Source of the DNA: Azolla caroliniana
Taxonomy: Eukaryota; Plantae; Polypodiophyta
Assembly: GCA_043228905.1 (NCBI GenBank)
Contig: JBHGNT010000013.1
Coordinates: forward strand, 10,354,001 to 10,418,000
Reading direction: 5' to 3'
DNA: 64,000 nucleotides
This document shows positions 62,101-64,000 of this stretch, one piece after another; position 1 is the first letter of the stretch, and every line of letters begins with the position of its first letter. The notes under the pieces are model-generated. The model made no database searches and was not told the origin of the DNA. It was given only the letters and a program-made list of their open reading frames with translations. A program made the position numbers and the translations under genes.

Positions 62101-64000
62101 AGTTCACGCGCAAAGAGAAGGGGAAGAAGAAGATGCCGGAATACGAAACCAGCAACGTTGAGTCGGATCGGAGCAAATACGACTCCGGTAAGGAAAAAGG
62201 TGGATCTTCGGGAACGAAGTCCGAACTAGCCAAGAAGGGCCTCAAACCGGGTAACGGTAGATTACGTCGGTCTTCCTGCTAGAAGAACCCTATGAAGCGG
62301 TACGGGTACAATGAGTACATGGCGCATCACTATGCGTACATGACCAAGGTGGCGGAAGTGCGTGAGCCGGAGAGCTACGCAGAAGCGGCAAAGGACGCAA
62401 ATTGGCATGCCGCTATGGAGGAAGAAATGCGGGCACTTGATGCCAACAACACATGAGACCTAGTTGACCCTCCCCGACACTGTAAACCGATCGGATGTAA
62501 GTGGGTGTACAAGGTAAAGTAAAGTACCAACAGCTCAGTTAACCGGTACAAGGCCCGGTTAGTGACGAAGGGATACGCTCAAACCCACGGAATCGACTAC
62601 GACGAGACCTTCACTCTGGTAGCGAAGATGATGACGGTTCGTGTGGTGCTAGCAGTTGTTGCAGCAAGGGGGTGGCATCTTCACCAGATGGATGTGAAGA
62701 ATGCATTTCTTCAAGGCGATCTTGAAGAAGAGGTCTTTATGACCTAACCCCTCGGTTTCCAGTCTAAGATGAACAAGTCGGCGGTATGCCGGTTGAAGAA
62801 GTCACTTTATGGCTTGAAGCAAGCCCTCCGAGCTTGGAATGCAAAACACACGCATCGGTTGCGTAAGATGGGGTTTGCGGCCTCCAAGTCTGACTCTTCG
62901 TTGTTCGACGGTCCAGTTTGCATCTTGTTGTATGTTGATGATCTAGTCATCACCGGACTCGATGAAATCAGATGAGTCAAGTCCCAACTGTCGGATGCAT
63001 TTGAGATGAAGGACCTGGCGGACCTTCACTATTTCCTTGGGATCGAGGTGATCCGAACCCCCGATGGCATATTGCTCTCACAAAGACACTATGTGTTGAA
63101 TATGTTGTACAAATTCGGCATGACAGAATGCCGACCGATTTCCACACCCTTGGACCGGAACCAGAAGCTCTATCCCGACTCCGGACTGGCCTGTGATGAG
63201 AAGTGGTTCCGACAAATCGTCGGAAGCCTTATATATTTGACAATCACCCGACCCGACATCAGTTATCCGGCCAACGTGATTAGCCAATATATGCAGAAGC
63301 CAACCGTGGAGCACCTTCTGTGCGTGCATCGAATTTTGCGATATGTGAGCGGCACGAAGGACCGGGGATTGTTATATCGGCATGGTATAAGTGAAAAGCT
63401 AGTCGGCTACACCAAAGCCGACTGGGCCAGCGATGCATCGGATCGCTGATCCACCTCCCGCTATATGTTTTCCCTTGGTAGCGCAGATGTTGCGTAGAGC
63501 AACAAAAAGCAGCCAACAGTGGCCCTTTCGAGCACTGAGGCTAAATACCGGGGCGCTACTGTTGCCACTTGTGAAGCCATTTGGCTTCGGCGGCTACTGC
63601 AAGACTTGTGGATCGAGGTGCCGACCCCGATCCTGATCTACTGCGACAACATAAGCAGCATATAGCTCGCCAAGAACCCTGTATTCCATGCTCGCACAAA
63701 GCACGTCGAAGTGCACTACCACTTCATGTGTGAGTGTGTCTTGAGCGGTGAAGTCGAACCTCAGTATGTTCATATGGATCGGCAAGTTGCCGACATCTTC
63801 ACCAAACCGCTCGGGTCGGACAAGTTGCAACACTTCACCGAAATGCTTGGTATTCAGCATCTCGACGTGCCACACTTGAGGGGGAGAACGGGCAAAGACA
63901 TCAGAACGGGCAAAGACATCAGAACGGGCAAAGGCAAAGAAACTGTCGATTGCGTCGGTGAGGGAAGAACCGACAAAGGGAGAGACAAGAAGAAGAAAGG
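59133..64000 (+). mobile_element. Element L: degenerate Ty1/copia (Ale/Ivana-like); 3' LTR lies beyond the window
   Basis: 5' LTR 59133-59550, PBS TGGTATCATAG at 59551, gag from about 59640, then WYVDAGAS, RSDGGKEY, YVDD and ARTKHVEVHYHF motifs to about 63880. Confidence 0.9.
63885..63933 (+). repeat. 18-bp tandem repeat (AGAACGGGCAAAGACATC, about 2.7 copies) after L pol
   Basis: Direct inspection of the sequence. Confidence 0.75.

Overview
The window contains no host gene. It is a fully nested cluster of about 13 LTR-retrotransposon insertions from a plant genome, probably a non-seed plant given the Tcn1-like chromoviruses and fungal-type Ylt1-like gypsy elements. Target-site duplications (TSDs) resolve most of the nesting. 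An old Tcn1-like chromovirus (B, 3826-~43840) hosts a related chromovirus (A), a 2.4-kb solo LTR with a 105/106-bp satellite (D), an internally deleted copia (F) and an Athila/Tat-related gypsy (C). C hosts a relative (G) and a copia (I), and I hosts a very young Ylt1-like gypsy (E). A second host copia (J, 44304-59132) contains a non-autonomous element (H, itself holding the near-intact copia K), a solo LTR and copia L. The most striking signal is that three elements (G, C, H) have no polypurine tract (PPT). In its place, 2-5 nt before the 3' LTR, is a structured copy of a tRNA-Arg 3' end ending in CCA, i.e. a second, inverted primer-binding site (PBS), which suggests tRNA priming of both cDNA strands. 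Other signals: tRNA-spaced A/B-box modules in four gypsy LTR families, a Tf1-type self-priming PBS, a slippery-site/pseudoknot -1 frameshift after gag-protease, heat-shock elements in chromovirus LTRs, and a conserved extra ORF3. Lineage and tRNA identities come from remembered motifs, not database searches.
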